Made by a program: the position numbers and the translations under genes. From Myxococcota bacterium (GTDB lineage Bacteria > Myxococcota > Myxococcia > Myxococcales > Myxococcaceae): a stretch of DNA of 64,000 bases. The notes beneath the pieces are model-generated. The model was not told the DNA's origin. It did not search any database and saw only the letters and a list, made by a program, of their open reading frames with translations. The stretch lies in NCBI GenBank assembly GCA_049322495.1, contig JBMORD010000219.1, positions 1-64,000 on the forward strand, given 5' to 3'. Every line of letters begins with the position of its first letter. The first letter of the stretch is position 1. Shown piece after piece: positions 54,301 through 62,599 of this stretch.

Positions 54301-54641
54301 AGCCAGGTGTCCTGGCCCGAATACCGGGGGAGGCCCTTCTCGGTCTGGAGCTGCATCGAAGCGACGGGGAGGCTCCACCCAATCCCCAGCTCTCCGTTGC
54401 CCGAGCCCGAGTCGTAGGTGATGGCGAGCTGCGGCGTCATCCCAGCCGTGCCCGGCGGGAGCTTGATGGGGATCGACTCGGTCGCGCTACCGCTGTTGAG
54501 CACGACCTGGAATGACTCGCCGAGCCCCGAGACGCTGCCCGGGCCCTTCGGGACATTGATGAGCTGAGGGCGGGTTCCGGACTTGTCTGCGAGACAGACG
54601 AACGACAGAAGGCACACGAGTGCCAGGAGCATCGGGCGCAT
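48342..54641 (-). CDS. RHS-repeat polymorphic toxin (TcB/TcC-like): signal peptide, SpvB domain, FG-GAP/VCBS beta-propeller, RHS repeats with core, Gly-zipper segment, Hint domain and a C-terminal toxin domain
   Basis: The start is 'MRPMLLALVCLLSFVCLA' with an AGGGAG Shine-Dalgarno sequence 7 nt upstream. The SpvB-type N-terminus reads 'SIPIKLPPGTAGMTPQLAITYDSGSGNGELGIGWSL'. FG-GAP-like motifs include 'DFDGDGFVDVL', 'DMNGDGLADLL' and 'DLTGDGLPDLVLV'. Many YD repeats are present, for example 'YRYDALGRLT', 'YDALGRVV', 'FDGLGRLV' and 'YTYDARRRLV'. The RHS core end is 'NLYSYSRNTPTSLRDKSGQFG'. A Gly/Ala-rich hydrophobic stretch follows. The Hint domain runs 'CFVAGTLVLLASGEHRPIEQIQPGDLVIA...SIVHNNGC'. 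The final ~105 aa are low-GC. Confidence 0.9.
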   Translation of the reverse strand: MRPMLLALVCLLSFVCLADKSGTRPQLINVPKGPGSVSGLGESFQVVLNSGSATESIPIKLPPGTAGMTPQLAITYDSGSGNGELGIGWSLPVASMQLQTEKGLPRYSGQDTWLLSGAELVKLPNGTWRLKNEGRFVRVRQSGAHFEVDLPSGNTQRFGLSPESRIEDAGRVFQLMLEEEVDRFQNRISYFYEKHGGRPSLTRIEYNRRAGAAQNHVELEWEQRPDVLTDYKPGFKTVAARRLKRIRVFGGTSQLARYEFTYVMGTGLSLLDSVVMFGDDDRTTFPPLTFEYSGMSNGAHPSAMSNGPVQLPGSNLDAELTDFDGDGFVDVLVAATGQHQWARNIGGLRFAAPRPVAAAPNVALQTTGVELGDMNGDGLADLLAHTGTTAFRYFAASGDGDWRPAETFTSMPSFNLEDGATRLVDLDFDKLPDVLRVAPNGVSWWRNNGAGDFEPAVTLPLLSGQTTVDFADPRFKLVDVNGDRLVDIAFVRSASLMYWPGMGRGRFDAPVELSDVPDVGALESRLQFADLTGDGLPDLVLVDTEHVDFWKLGAGERFEAKQSVANTPFANAGLTQVRLADMNANGSLDVVYFTPSAVPDERVVYVDLQPGMRANLLTRVANGLGMTRRLAYTSSSEEFQLAQEAGTPWQRRVPFPVQVVAGVVLSDSLGADYVTQYRYREGHYERATREFRGFGVVVQTDEGDDDEPSLETEHVFEVLSETLRGRELSVEARATGGFRFSRITRTWTPRVYELGTGGVNVTGAELTSETTLIFEGRSSPVETQRTFVYDAFGNVVEDHQLGRTDRTGDESVQLATWANKLDEWILGRPVEQKSLGADGAPLTITRHYYDGDAFQGLPLGELTRGAETRTEAWVEGTRWVQQSRIERDEFGNPIEMRTPRGARREIEWDPTHTFPVLERLWIDDSRKLEFKATYKNAMGLVASFTDSNSSVSQYRWDALHRLTAIAQAGDSLDQPTVSWVYELANPYSRLRMLTRVRDGEDTETQDLFDGLGRKVATQHLIENDQVVVEGRKRYSRRGSVLEEWDSYFASSLELTAPGTPAVKHRYDALGRVVSSTFEDGTRAEMRRGPLWVENWDALDLTPGAEHANTPMRHEFDGLGRLVKTVELLKDKPLTTEFLFDAAGRRAGVVLANQQRVEYVFDGLSRLTRVKHPEAGTRTWEYDDDGNGTVARDALGQATVRSYDGAGRIITESLVDAAGVDTGTIRYFYDETSVGDLSRVVDLAGEESFTYDARRRLVSNARTFEGKTYTLSLKFDNLDHATEITYPDESVIKYSFNKRGLVSAIEGFVEAVEYNAKGLAVRRALANGVVSTAGYDDHDRVKDIRSASRAGKELQNLEFAYSPVGSLERITDRVNTAGQLSSSFEFTYDSLMRLKDARGPAGVLSHQYDDVGNLLQKSDVGAYAYEDLTRPSVLTAVGGRPMVTNANGQMTVSLGRTFTWDPRGELRKVETEEATTEYLYDYTGQRTLKRVTRGGTSHQTLYLDKYSEVRDGALVKYVYLGEARIARVGGALPKTVTAMASLGGAASSLAAAAAMLLAMAALLLQKRKLAVRTLAVGLAVLLSSCSCGPQSRAVYYLDNHLGSHNIQLNDAGEVLAQSNFDVWGNPIVQSDEPYGFIGAEFDAEAGLQYLNSRYYDVRLGRFISPDLSLLAGADEAQDDPQVLNLYSYSRNTPTSLRDKSGQFGHIVIGALIGGGIGAAVYLAKAAWNGETATVQGTLAAAAGGAVAGGLAAATGGASLLVTGGVSGMAGGIVERGVKTGSLSEAFDVNSMAGDFVMGTVTAGVVKGGAGLLKAAAPTLKKIGGSVATKVGGAIKKGVDSLKSACAEGACKITGKGCFVAGTLVLLASGEHRPIEQIQPGDLVIAVDERGVASAQPVLNAWSLLASELVDVTIEGADGSRETITATPEHPFLLTSGEFAEARSLQPLVELGGVVGRSRVLSVNARVGSVPVFNLEIAEHHNYAVGQNSSIVHNNGCHSLAIDDLVSASKQSQSNLFKPPTPPPPLPRKEFLKNLATKLGFRKTNFESHGQAVYTDGKRYISFDVDSHNGGAFKMANTVEGLKSKQTRLGTFNEALERIGD

Positions 54642-54652
54642 GGTCGGCTCCC

Positions 54653-57600
54653 TCACTGAACCGTGTAGGCGTCGTGCGTGAGCTGAATCTCGATGTCATC
54701 CAGACCAGCGAGGTTCAGGTTCGCGTTGGCGGGGCTCGCTGGAGTCTGGTCGATGATGAGCTGCCACGGGCTGGCGAGCACTGCGCGCTCCTGCAACTCG
54801 ATGTTCTCGACCAGGGCGGTGAAGCCGGGGGCGTTGATCCCCGCCTGCACGATGGCAAGGCTGGGCTGGTTTGCCTTGCCGCTCACGTCATATGCGATGA
54901 TTGGCGCGACGCCGGACATGTCACGCACCCGAGCCCGCAGGTAGCTCGTGCCTCCATGGATGAGCTGCACCTGCGCAGATGTCACGCCAGCGCCGAGGTT
55001 GTCTCCGACGAGGTTGACTCGGATGGAGCGGATGCGGTCGGACGCGAGCAGCGACGAGAAGATGGGGTTCTCGGTGTTGTGCGTCGAGAACTGGATGTGG
55101 AAGTTGCCATTGGAGTCCCGGTTCTCTGGTGCCATCACGAAGCGGCGGAAGCGTTCGCGCGCGCTGATGATCTCGCCCGTCGCGACGTCTTTGATTGGCG
55201 CGGTGAAGCCGAGGATCTTCTCGCGGAGCGAGATGACGTCGACGCGCGTCTGCGGGCTGCCTGCCATTCCGGCAATGGTGCCCAGGGTGCCGTTCAGATA
55301 ACTGGAAAGTTCGACCGGCGAGCGAGCCGCCCACATCGGCGACTGGTCGATCGTCATGTTGAGCTGGTACTCGAGCGCGCGGGTGGCGAGGAACGCCCAC
55401 TGGAGCGCATTCCTTCCATCTCGCGCGGCGATCTGCCCGAGGTGGTTGGCGTAAATTCGATAGTGAATCGCCTGGAGACCCTGATTGCGGGTCAGCGATT
55501 CGGCGCGCGCCTTCGCTTCGAGAAGTTGATCCGCCTTTTCGTAGAGGGCGTTGAGTCGGCCCGCGGCCTGCGCGAGCCCATTGAGGGCGATGGACTGCTC
55601 GAGCTGCAGGGAGTCGAGCTGGAGGAGCTTCGCCTTGACCGTTGCAGCCGAGTTGATCAGTTCCGTCTGCGCGTAGCTGAATTCAATCGTCGCGGACTGG
55701 TTGATCTGCAGGGCGGCCTTCCCCTGCTCTGCGAGCAGCTTGATCTCGTCATTGATGCGACTGATGACGGCGTGTGCGACCCCGATGACGACCTGAGCTG
55801 TGCTCGCCACGCCCCAGCTGCTTGATGCGCTTCCCGCGGCGGCCATGGCGGTGCTCGCCGCGATGTCAACGGTGTGCTGGAAGATGTTCACCCGGCCGAT
55901 GGCGTAGTCGAGCGCCATGACCGCTGCCCCGGTCGTGCGAATCAGCTTGGCGTTGTTTTCATGCACTCCGGCCACCGCTGCGGCGCGGCTCTGCTCGATT
56001 GTGATCTCTCGAACGACGTTCTGGGCGTTCAGCGCCACGGCCTCGACGCGCTTGTTGGCGGCGACGATCTCGAGCCGCGCCTGCGAGAGCTGGCTGGCGT
56101 TAGTGGAGCCGAAGTCCGAGCCACAGTCCTCCAGGTTTGTCGCGGTGGCGCCACAGATGTCGCGGAACTGCCCGAGGATGGTTGAGGCCTGGCCGTTGAG
56201 TTCCGCCTGCATTGCGGTGGTACTGGTCTCGAAGGCTCGCGTGTTGGCCTGTGCCAGGCTGTAGGACGTCGACCACTGCGTCGCACTGCTGTCCGCGGAG
56301 CTCTTGATTTGGATGTAATTGGTTGCGCCCATTCCGTCTTTGTTCCAGAAGAACGGCACGTACCCTTCAACGTAGCCAAGGGCATTCTTGCCGTCCTCGA
56401 CGTCCTTCAGATCGCCAGACAACGCACGCCACTCCGCCTGGAGCGCTGAGACCTCTGGCGCCCAGGTCGAGGGACTCTTGGCGATGGTGGGGCCAAGTGC
56501 GGCGACGGCAAGGTACGCAGTGGCGAGGCCCTCTTTGAGCTTCGCTCGTGCTTCCTGGTCGGCGCTTCGCTTGCGCATCACGAACGCCTGCTGGTCGATG
56601 GCAAACATCAAGGCGTTGATGTCGAGCAGTCCGCGGCGGAGTTGCTCGCCGGCGCCCACCGCAGCCGGACCAATGAACTCCTCGGTGGGAATTGGGGAGG
56701 TCGTCAGATCGGTTGCCGTCAGTCTGCTCAGGTAGGTGGCAATCGCGGGGTCGGCGAACGCGATTGGCGTGGTGGCCGTCGAATACAGCCCGGTCGCGAG
56801 CCGTGTCGCTCCGAGTCCGAACGTATTCTCCGTCGTCTGAAGCGAGGCGGAAGGGTCGACGAAGTCGTCGCTGGCGGCGGCGACGGCCGCGTTCCCCTCG
56901 TAGAGAGCGGCGTCAGAGGCGACCTTGAGCGTGTTCAGGAATCGCCCCGCGACGCTCGTATCGCCAGCGCGCAGCGCCTTGGCGTACCAATACTGCGCAC
57001 ATCGGAGGTAGAGGACGTCATAGGTTCTGCGGTTCGCACAGAACGTGACGTCAGGCCCCACCGGCGCGACGCAGCGGTCTGCCTGATAGGGGGTCGAGGA
57101 GGTCGGAAGGAATTCGTAGTAAAACTGCATGGACAGCTTCTTCCCGGAGGGGGCGAAGTTGAAGAAGGAGTCTCCGTTGGCCGAGGCGCTCGAGCCACAG
57201 GCTCCAGTCGGACAGGTCAGACAGGCCTGATAGGCGGCGCGTGGGTTGCCGGCGGCATCGACAAAGGGGTCTTCGATGGCAGGGGCCTCTGCGGAGTGTG
57301 GGATCGCCGCCAGGGTGCGCGCCGGCCCCATCCGCCGGAGGACTGCGGCGCCGCTGACAGTCGTTCCCGCGCCAAGGACGCCGCGAATGGTCTCGGTGTA
57401 CGTTCCTGAGAGGACACCCGGCGACGTCTGACGGACCTTGATCTCGACCGCTCGCGTCAGGTTGTTGGGGACGGCCGGGTTGGCGGCAGTGCCTCGCGCG
57501 GCATCCATCGAGAACTTGAGCGTCAACTCGCCGTCCGTCACTTGACCCGAGAGGGCTGCGTCGACGGGCCAGACCGGTGACGCATCGCCCACGACGGCGC

Positions 57601-58366
57601 CTTGAAGGGCGGTCGTTCCGCTGAACGTCAGCAGCGCGCTGTGTCGGCCGAGCTCGACCGGGCTGCTGATGTTGAAGACCCCAGCCCAGGTTCCCTCGAG
57701 CGGCTCGTTCAGCCGGAGCGCGATGCGCTTCGTTCCCGCGCTCGTGTTGACCGTCAGCGACGCGCTGGTCGTCGCACCGAGCGCCGCGCGATCGAGCACC
57801 ACGGTGAGCGTCACCGGCTGTCCCGAGACGCGGCCCTCGAAGGGCGTGACGGAGAATGCTTCGGATGAGGAGAGAACCCGGAAGTCGAAGGGCTCCCCGC
57901 CCGCATTCGAGAGCACGACCTGCTGGGAATTGGTCGCGTCATCGAAGGCGAGAAGCTCCACGCTCAGCTGCGGCACGCCCTTGCTCGGTGGCGTCGGCGC
58001 GGGTGGGGTGGTGACGGCCTCTTCCTCGAGACACCTGCCGCGGAGGCTGCAGACCGTGCCGTTCGAGCAGTCCTTGTCCGCGAGGCAGTCGTGCCGGCAC
58101 GAACCCAGCTTGCAGTAATCACCGCGCGGGCAGTCGGCGTCGAGGGCGCAGGCCGAGAAGCTCGTCGCGGTCGCTGGCGCCTGGCCGCAGCGGCCCTCAG
58201 TACAGACCTCGTTCTCGCGGCAGTCCGGCGTCACCGAGCACGCCGGGTTGCATGCGCGTCCCGGCAGGCAGACGCCTCCGTCGTTGCCTGCGCCGCCGTC
58301 GGGCACTTGCATCGTCGAGCCACAACCGACCAACCAGACCACTCCCAACAGCCACGTTGTTCGCAT
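54653..58366 (-). CDS. Large lipoprotein, possibly a TcA-like (Tc toxin A-component-like) partner of the RHS protein
   Basis: The start is 'MRTTWLLGVVWLVGCGS' with a lipobox. An N-terminal Cys-rich EGF-like module is followed by a ~700-aa alpha-helical core and a C-terminal beta-rich domain ('VNLVGDNLGAGVTSAQVQLIHGGTSYLRARVRD...'). Its stop is 11 nt from the RHS gene start on the same strand. The TcA assignment is a hypothesis. Confidence 0.5.
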   Translation of the reverse strand: MRTTWLLGVVWLVGCGSTMQVPDGGAGNDGGVCLPGRACNPACSVTPDCRENEVCTEGRCGQAPATATSFSACALDADCPRGDYCKLGSCRHDCLADKDCSNGTVCSLRGRCLEEEAVTTPPAPTPPSKGVPQLSVELLAFDDATNSQQVVLSNAGGEPFDFRVLSSSEAFSVTPFEGRVSGQPVTLTVVLDRAALGATTSASLTVNTSAGTKRIALRLNEPLEGTWAGVFNISSPVELGRHSALLTFSGTTALQGAVVGDASPVWPVDAALSGQVTDGELTLKFSMDAARGTAANPAVPNNLTRAVEIKVRQTSPGVLSGTYTETIRGVLGAGTTVSGAAVLRRMGPARTLAAIPHSAEAPAIEDPFVDAAGNPRAAYQACLTCPTGACGSSASANGDSFFNFAPSGKKLSMQFYYEFLPTSSTPYQADRCVAPVGPDVTFCANRRTYDVLYLRCAQYWYAKALRAGDTSVAGRFLNTLKVASDAALYEGNAAVAAASDDFVDPSASLQTTENTFGLGATRLATGLYSTATTPIAFADPAIATYLSRLTATDLTTSPIPTEEFIGPAAVGAGEQLRRGLLDINALMFAIDQQAFVMRKRSADQEARAKLKEGLATAYLAVAALGPTIAKSPSTWAPEVSALQAEWRALSGDLKDVEDGKNALGYVEGYVPFFWNKDGMGATNYIQIKSSADSSATQWSTSYSLAQANTRAFETSTTAMQAELNGQASTILGQFRDICGATATNLEDCGSDFGSTNASQLSQARLEIVAANKRVEAVALNAQNVVREITIEQSRAAAVAGVHENNAKLIRTTGAAVMALDYAIGRVNIFQHTVDIAASTAMAAAGSASSSWGVASTAQVVIGVAHAVISRINDEIKLLAEQGKAALQINQSATIEFSYAQTELINSAATVKAKLLQLDSLQLEQSIALNGLAQAAGRLNALYEKADQLLEAKARAESLTRNQGLQAIHYRIYANHLGQIAARDGRNALQWAFLATRALEYQLNMTIDQSPMWAARSPVELSSYLNGTLGTIAGMAGSPQTRVDVISLREKILGFTAPIKDVATGEIISARERFRRFVMAPENRDSNGNFHIQFSTHNTENPIFSSLLASDRIRSIRVNLVGDNLGAGVTSAQVQLIHGGTSYLRARVRDMSGVAPIIAYDVSGKANQPSLAIVQAGINAPGFTALVENIELQERAVLASPWQLIIDQTPASPANANLNLAGLDDIEIQLTHDAYTVQ

Positions 58367-58422
58367 CGAGAGCCTCGTGTAGGGTTTCCGACCTTCATAC
58401 TTCAGCGGGGAAGAGGGCGTCC

Positions 58423-59925
58423 ATGTTGCTGCGCGTCGGTTTGCTGGTGGTGGTCGTGCTGTCGTCATCATGCGGGACGACGTCGGGTGTTGATGGCGGG
58501 GGCGGTGGCGGTTCGGGTGGAAACTCGGGAACGGGCGGAGGTGGCGGCGGTGGTCCCGCGTTGGCCATCGTCACCGAGACTCTCGGCAGCGGGCGTATTG
58601 GCGTCGCGTATTCACAGCCGCTCTCCGCGTCCGGCGGTGTTGGCCCGTACGGTTGGGTGATCGTCTCAAAGTCGCCGTCGTTCACCTGGCTGACGATTGG
58701 ATCGAACACCGGCACGCTCAGCGGTCTGCCTGCGACGGCCGGCACAGGCTCCGTCGTCGTGGCGGTCACCGATCAGAACGCCGTCACGATCTCGAAGGAG
58801 TTCTCGCTGCAGATCGATGCGTGCCAGAGCGGAAGCACGGTTGCGTGCGCGGTCCCCATCGGCGGCGGGTGCTCGGTCGGAACGCAGACGTGCGTCAACG
58901 GCGAGCTCTCAGGCGCATGCTCGGGAGCCCTCTCGACGGACGTCAGCCGATGCGGCCCGTCGTGTGGGGCCTGCGATCCCGTGACGGCGGATCGCTGTGC
59001 GGCCGGCGTTTGTGCGTGCGGCGGCGGGGCTGCGTGCGGTGTCGGACAGGCCTGCTGCGGCGGTGTGTGCAAGAGCCTCGATGACCCACGAAGCTGCGGC
59101 GCGTGTGCGAATGATTGCACGTCGATGGCAGGTCAGAACGTCACCGCGTCCTGTTCATCACGTCAGTGTGCGTTCGCGTGCTCGGCTCCGAACTTCAATC
59201 ACTGCGTTGGCAATACTTCGGTGCCTCCGACGGCCGGCGTTGCTTGCGAGACCGACGTCGCCCTGTCAGTCGACAACTGCGGCAGCTGCGGACACGGTTG
59301 TGCGCCCTTGTCGAACTCGAACACGGTCGCTCCGGGTGGCGTGTCTTGCAGCAGTGGTCAGTGCCGCATCACGTGCGCGCTCCAGTTCTTGAACTGCAAT
59401 GGGGCAACCGAAGACGGGTGCGAGGTTCCGTTTTCTGTGATGAATTGTGGTTCTTGCGGCAACGTCTGCCAGGCCGGCGCGAATGCAACCACCACCTGCA
59501 CCTCGGGCGCGTGTGTCTTTTCGTGTGTGAGTCCTCGGATTCACTGCGGTTCGCCGCTCGGTAACAACGTTGCGTGTGAAACCGACCCGACCAACGACTG
59601 GAATAACTGTGGAGGTTGCGGACGGCGGTGTGCGTCGGACAAGGCCGACAATTGCACGGGTGGGCAGTGCCGCTGCGGCGCGAACGCAGCCTGTGGCGCG
59701 GGCCTGCGCTGCGTTGGCGGGGCGTGCATTTGTGACACCCAGAGCGGGTGCGCAGGCTGCTGCGTTGGAGGGACGACCTGCGCGGCGGGCACCTCCGGTA
59801 CTTCGTGTGGTGAGGGCGGCGTGACATGCGCCAGCTGCAGCTCGCTCGTCTGCGAGGTGGGCCCGCCGGTCGTCAGAGGCTTCTGCGACAGCTCCCTGAC
59901 TCCTCGGCAGTGCGGTTGTCTCTGA
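58423..59925 (+). CDS. Cys-rich lipoprotein with a putative Ig-like (He_PIG/cadherin-like) domain and myxobacterial Cys-rich repeats
   Basis: The start is 'MLLRVGLLVVVVLSSSCGTTSG', followed by a Gly-rich linker. 'LAIVTETLGSGRIGVAYSQPLSASGGVGPYGWV' is the Ig-like region. More than 60 Cys follow in repeating 'CxxCGxxC' / 'NCGxCG' units. Confidence 0.6.
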   Translation: MLLRVGLLVVVVLSSSCGTTSGVDGGGGGGSGGNSGTGGGGGGGPALAIVTETLGSGRIGVAYSQPLSASGGVGPYGWVIVSKSPSFTWLTIGSNTGTLSGLPATAGTGSVVVAVTDQNAVTISKEFSLQIDACQSGSTVACAVPIGGGCSVGTQTCVNGELSGACSGALSTDVSRCGPSCGACDPVTADRCAAGVCACGGGAACGVGQACCGGVCKSLDDPRSCGACANDCTSMAGQNVTASCSSRQCAFACSAPNFNHCVGNTSVPPTAGVACETDVALSVDNCGSCGHGCAPLSNSNTVAPGGVSCSSGQCRITCALQFLNCNGATEDGCEVPFSVMNCGSCGNVCQAGANATTTCTSGACVFSCVSPRIHCGSPLGNNVACETDPTNDWNNCGGCGRRCASDKADNCTGGQCRCGANAACGAGLRCVGGACICDTQSGCAGCCVGGTTCAAGTSGTSCGEGGVTCASCSSLVCEVGPPVVRGFCDSSLTPRQCGCL

Positions 59926-59985
59926 CTTCGCGTTGCATCAGAAACCCGAGTTGCTTCCCGGCCTCGTCGCCGTTTTTCCAATCGG

Positions 59986-60456
59986 GTGGAGCTCCTCGAC
60001 GACACCCCGCTGGTGAAGCGCTGCCGCTTCGGGTCGGTGGTCGTCTCGCGCTACCGCGGAGCCGTCGGCGTCGAGGACATGGACGGAGAGTACGCGGCGC
60101 TGCGCCAGGCCGCGGCGCTCCACGGTCGGGTGTCCAGCCTCGCGCTGATCGACGCCGACTCGATGACCTCCCCCTCAGGGGCGGTGAAGACGCGCGCGGC
60201 GGAGCTCACCCGCGCGCTCGGTGACGCCCGCCTCTGCGGCGCCATCGTGCTCCTCGGCTCGAGCGTCAGCCTGCGTCTGATGACCTACGTGCTCGGCGCC
60301 TTCCACCTCCTCACCGGCGCTGGCGAAAAGCAGGGCCTCTTCACCGACCTCGACGAGGCCGTCCGCTGGGTCCGCTCCCGACCTGGTCAGGACGCCACTG
60401 CCCTTGCCCTCGACGCCAACGAGCTCCGCCGAACCTTCGGGCTGGCCGGTTCCTGA
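59986..60456 (+). CDS. Hypothetical protein
   Basis: The 156-aa product has a GTG start and natural composition. No motif is recognised. Confidence 0.4.
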   Translation: MELLDDTPLVKRCRFGSVVVSRYRGAVGVEDMDGEYAALRQAAALHGRVSSLALIDADSMTSPSGAVKTRAAELTRALGDARLCGAIVLLGSSVSLRLMTYVLGAFHLLTGAGEKQGLFTDLDEAVRWVRSRPGQDATALALDANELRRTFGLAGS

Positions 60457-60614
60457 GCCGCTGGCGACACGACACCTACACGTGACGCGCTGCGACTTTC
60501 TCTGCGTCGGATCAGCACGCCTCGCGTAACCTTCGTCGTCGTGGCCAACGTCACCAGAACGATCGGCTCTCTCTCGGCGCGGATATCTGCTGGCCCCTCT
60601 GCTTCGAAGGCATC

Positions 60615-61784
60615 ATGAAGCGGCTGCAGCTCCGCATTCCCCACGGCGGCGACACCCTCGACTTCCACGTCGAGCGCGTGACCATCGAGCCGTTCTCCCT
60701 CGCGCAGCCCGTGAAGTACGACGTGGTCATCGACCGCCTCACGCACTGGTACGACACCACGCGCGAGTGGATCAAAAAGGCCGTGCTGATGGACGGCCTC
60801 TACGTCTTCAACAACCCGTGGGCCGTGCAGTCGATGGAGAAGCACACGTCCTACGCGGCGATGCTCGCGCTGGGCATGCCCATCCCCGAGACGTGGATGG
60901 TGCCGCCCAAGTCGTACGAGGCGCTCCCCGACCTCAAGCCCACCCTCAAGCAGTACGCGCGCCTCTTCGATCTCGCCGCCATCGGCAAGAAGATCGGCTA
61001 CCCGCTCTTCATGAAGCCCTACGACGGCGGCGGCTGGAAGGGTGTCACCCGCATCGCCGACGAGGCCGCGCTCAAGAAGGCCTACGAAGAGTCGGGCACG
61101 ATGGTGATGCACCTCCAGAAGGCCATCGACCCGTACGATCGCTTCGTGCGCACCATCGGCTTCGGGCCGCAGACGCACCAGGTCTTCTACGATCCGTCGG
61201 CGCCGCTCCACGACCGCTACACCATGAAGCGCGAGAGCGAGTTCCTCTCGCCGCGCGACAAGCAGATCCTCGACGACACCACCCTCACCATCAACGCGTT
61301 CTTCGGGTGGGACTTCAACTCGTGCGAGGCGCTCCGCGGCGCGAACGATCAGATCTGGTACCCGATCGACTTCGCCAACCCGTGCCCCGACTCGCAGGTC
61401 ACCTCGCTCCACTACCACTTCCCGTGGCTGGTGAAGGCGTACCTCAAGTGGGCCCTCTTCACCGCGGCCACCAAACGCCCGATGCGCCGCGTGCCCGACT
61501 GGGAGCCGTTCTACGCCATCGCGAAGAAGGACCTCCCGTACGACGAGAAGCTCGCGCAGTACGGCGCGCTCTCACGGAAGATCCTCGAGGCCGAGAAGTT
61601 CGACGAGTTCTGCCGCAAGCACCTCGCGCACCTCGACGAGGTCGCCTGGGAGTTCTTCGCCACCGACGAAGCGAAGCAGGCCGTGCGCCTCAAGACCGCC
61701 GCGCTCTTCCCCGCGCACGAGGTCGAGCCCTTCACCGAGCTGTTCTGGAAGCGCATTCAGAAGTGGAGGGCTGACCAGAAGTGA
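60615..61784 (+). CDS. ATP-grasp-like hypothetical protein
   Basis: 'IGYPLFMKPYDGGGWKGVTRI' is a Lys strand resembling the ATP-grasp core. The overlapping minus ORF 60387-61418 is judged antisense. Confidence 0.4.
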   Translation: MKRLQLRIPHGGDTLDFHVERVTIEPFSLAQPVKYDVVIDRLTHWYDTTREWIKKAVLMDGLYVFNNPWAVQSMEKHTSYAAMLALGMPIPETWMVPPKSYEALPDLKPTLKQYARLFDLAAIGKKIGYPLFMKPYDGGGWKGVTRIADEAALKKAYEESGTMVMHLQKAIDPYDRFVRTIGFGPQTHQVFYDPSAPLHDRYTMKRESEFLSPRDKQILDDTTLTINAFFGWDFNSCEALRGANDQIWYPIDFANPCPDSQVTSLHYHFPWLVKAYLKWALFTAATKRPMRRVPDWEPFYAIAKKDLPYDEKLAQYGALSRKILEAEKFDEFCRKHLAHLDEVAWEFFATDEAKQAVRLKTAALFPAHEVEPFTELFWKRIQKWRADQK

Positions 61785-62512
61785 AGACGACCGGCCGTTG
61801 GTATTCGCAGCGCCTCCACCGCGACATGACGATGGTGCGGTGGGGCACGTACGGGCAGCCGGTGCTGCTCTTCCCCACCGCGGGTGGCGACGCCGAGGAG
61901 GTCGAGCGCTTCCTGATGATGAAGGCCCTCGCGCCGCTGATCGACGCGGGCCGCGTGAAGATCTACTCGTGCGACTCCGCCGCCGGGCAGGCGATGGTCA
62001 ACCGCGAGGGCTCGCCCCAGCACCGCCAGTGGGTGCTCAACCAGTTCCACCAGTACGTGCGCCACGAGGTGGTCCCCGCCATCCGCGCCGACTGCAAGAG
62101 CGACAGCCTCGAGGTCATCTCCGCGGGCGCGAGCATCGGCGCCTTCCACGCCGCGGCCGTCATCTGCCGCTTCCCCGACGTGTTCAGCAAGGCGATCTGC
62201 ATGTCGGGCACCTTCGACATCCGCCGCTTCATGTCGGCCGACCACTTCGGCGACGACTTCTGGGTGAGCTCGCCGGTGCACTTCGTACCCACCCTCCAGG
62301 GGCCGCACCTCGAGAAGCTGCGCACGCGGTTCCTCCTCATCCCCTCCGGCGAAGGCAAGGCGGAGGACATCAACGAGTCGTGGAACCTCGCGCGCGTGCT
62401 GGGGAGCAAGGGCATCCCCAACCGGGTCGATTCGTGGGGCAAGGACACCCCTCACGATTGGATGACGTGGCGTGAGATGCTCCCCAAGTACCTGTCGCAG
62501 ATGGTCCCCTGA
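61781..62512 (+). CDS. Esterase-family alpha/beta hydrolase (esterase D/ferri-enterobactin esterase-like)
   Basis: 'VISAGASIGAFHAAAV' is the nucleophile region. The start overlaps the upstream stop by 4 nt. Confidence 0.65.
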   Translation: MKTTGRWYSQRLHRDMTMVRWGTYGQPVLLFPTAGGDAEEVERFLMMKALAPLIDAGRVKIYSCDSAAGQAMVNREGSPQHRQWVLNQFHQYVRHEVVPAIRADCKSDSLEVISAGASIGAFHAAAVICRFPDVFSKAICMSGTFDIRRFMSADHFGDDFWVSSPVHFVPTLQGPHLEKLRTRFLLIPSGEGKAEDINESWNLARVLGSKGIPNRVDSWGKDTPHDWMTWREMLPKYLSQMVP

Positions 62513-62599
62513 CCGCCGGAGGAATTTCTGGGAACTGAGACGACGCGAGCCCACAAGGAAATCGAAGTCGAGCGAGATGCGAAGAGCGGCCGGGCCTTC

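Noticed and set aside
54653-58471. An N-terminal 35-codon extension of the 1272-aa track ORF
   Set aside because: The extension ('MMTTARPPPANRRAATWTPSS...') precedes a perfect lipoprotein signal that begins at the Met at 58366, so the shorter start is far more plausible.
60387-61418. A 343-aa minus-strand ORF
   Set aside because: It is antisense to the ATP-grasp-like gene 60615-61784 and has shadow-ORF composition.
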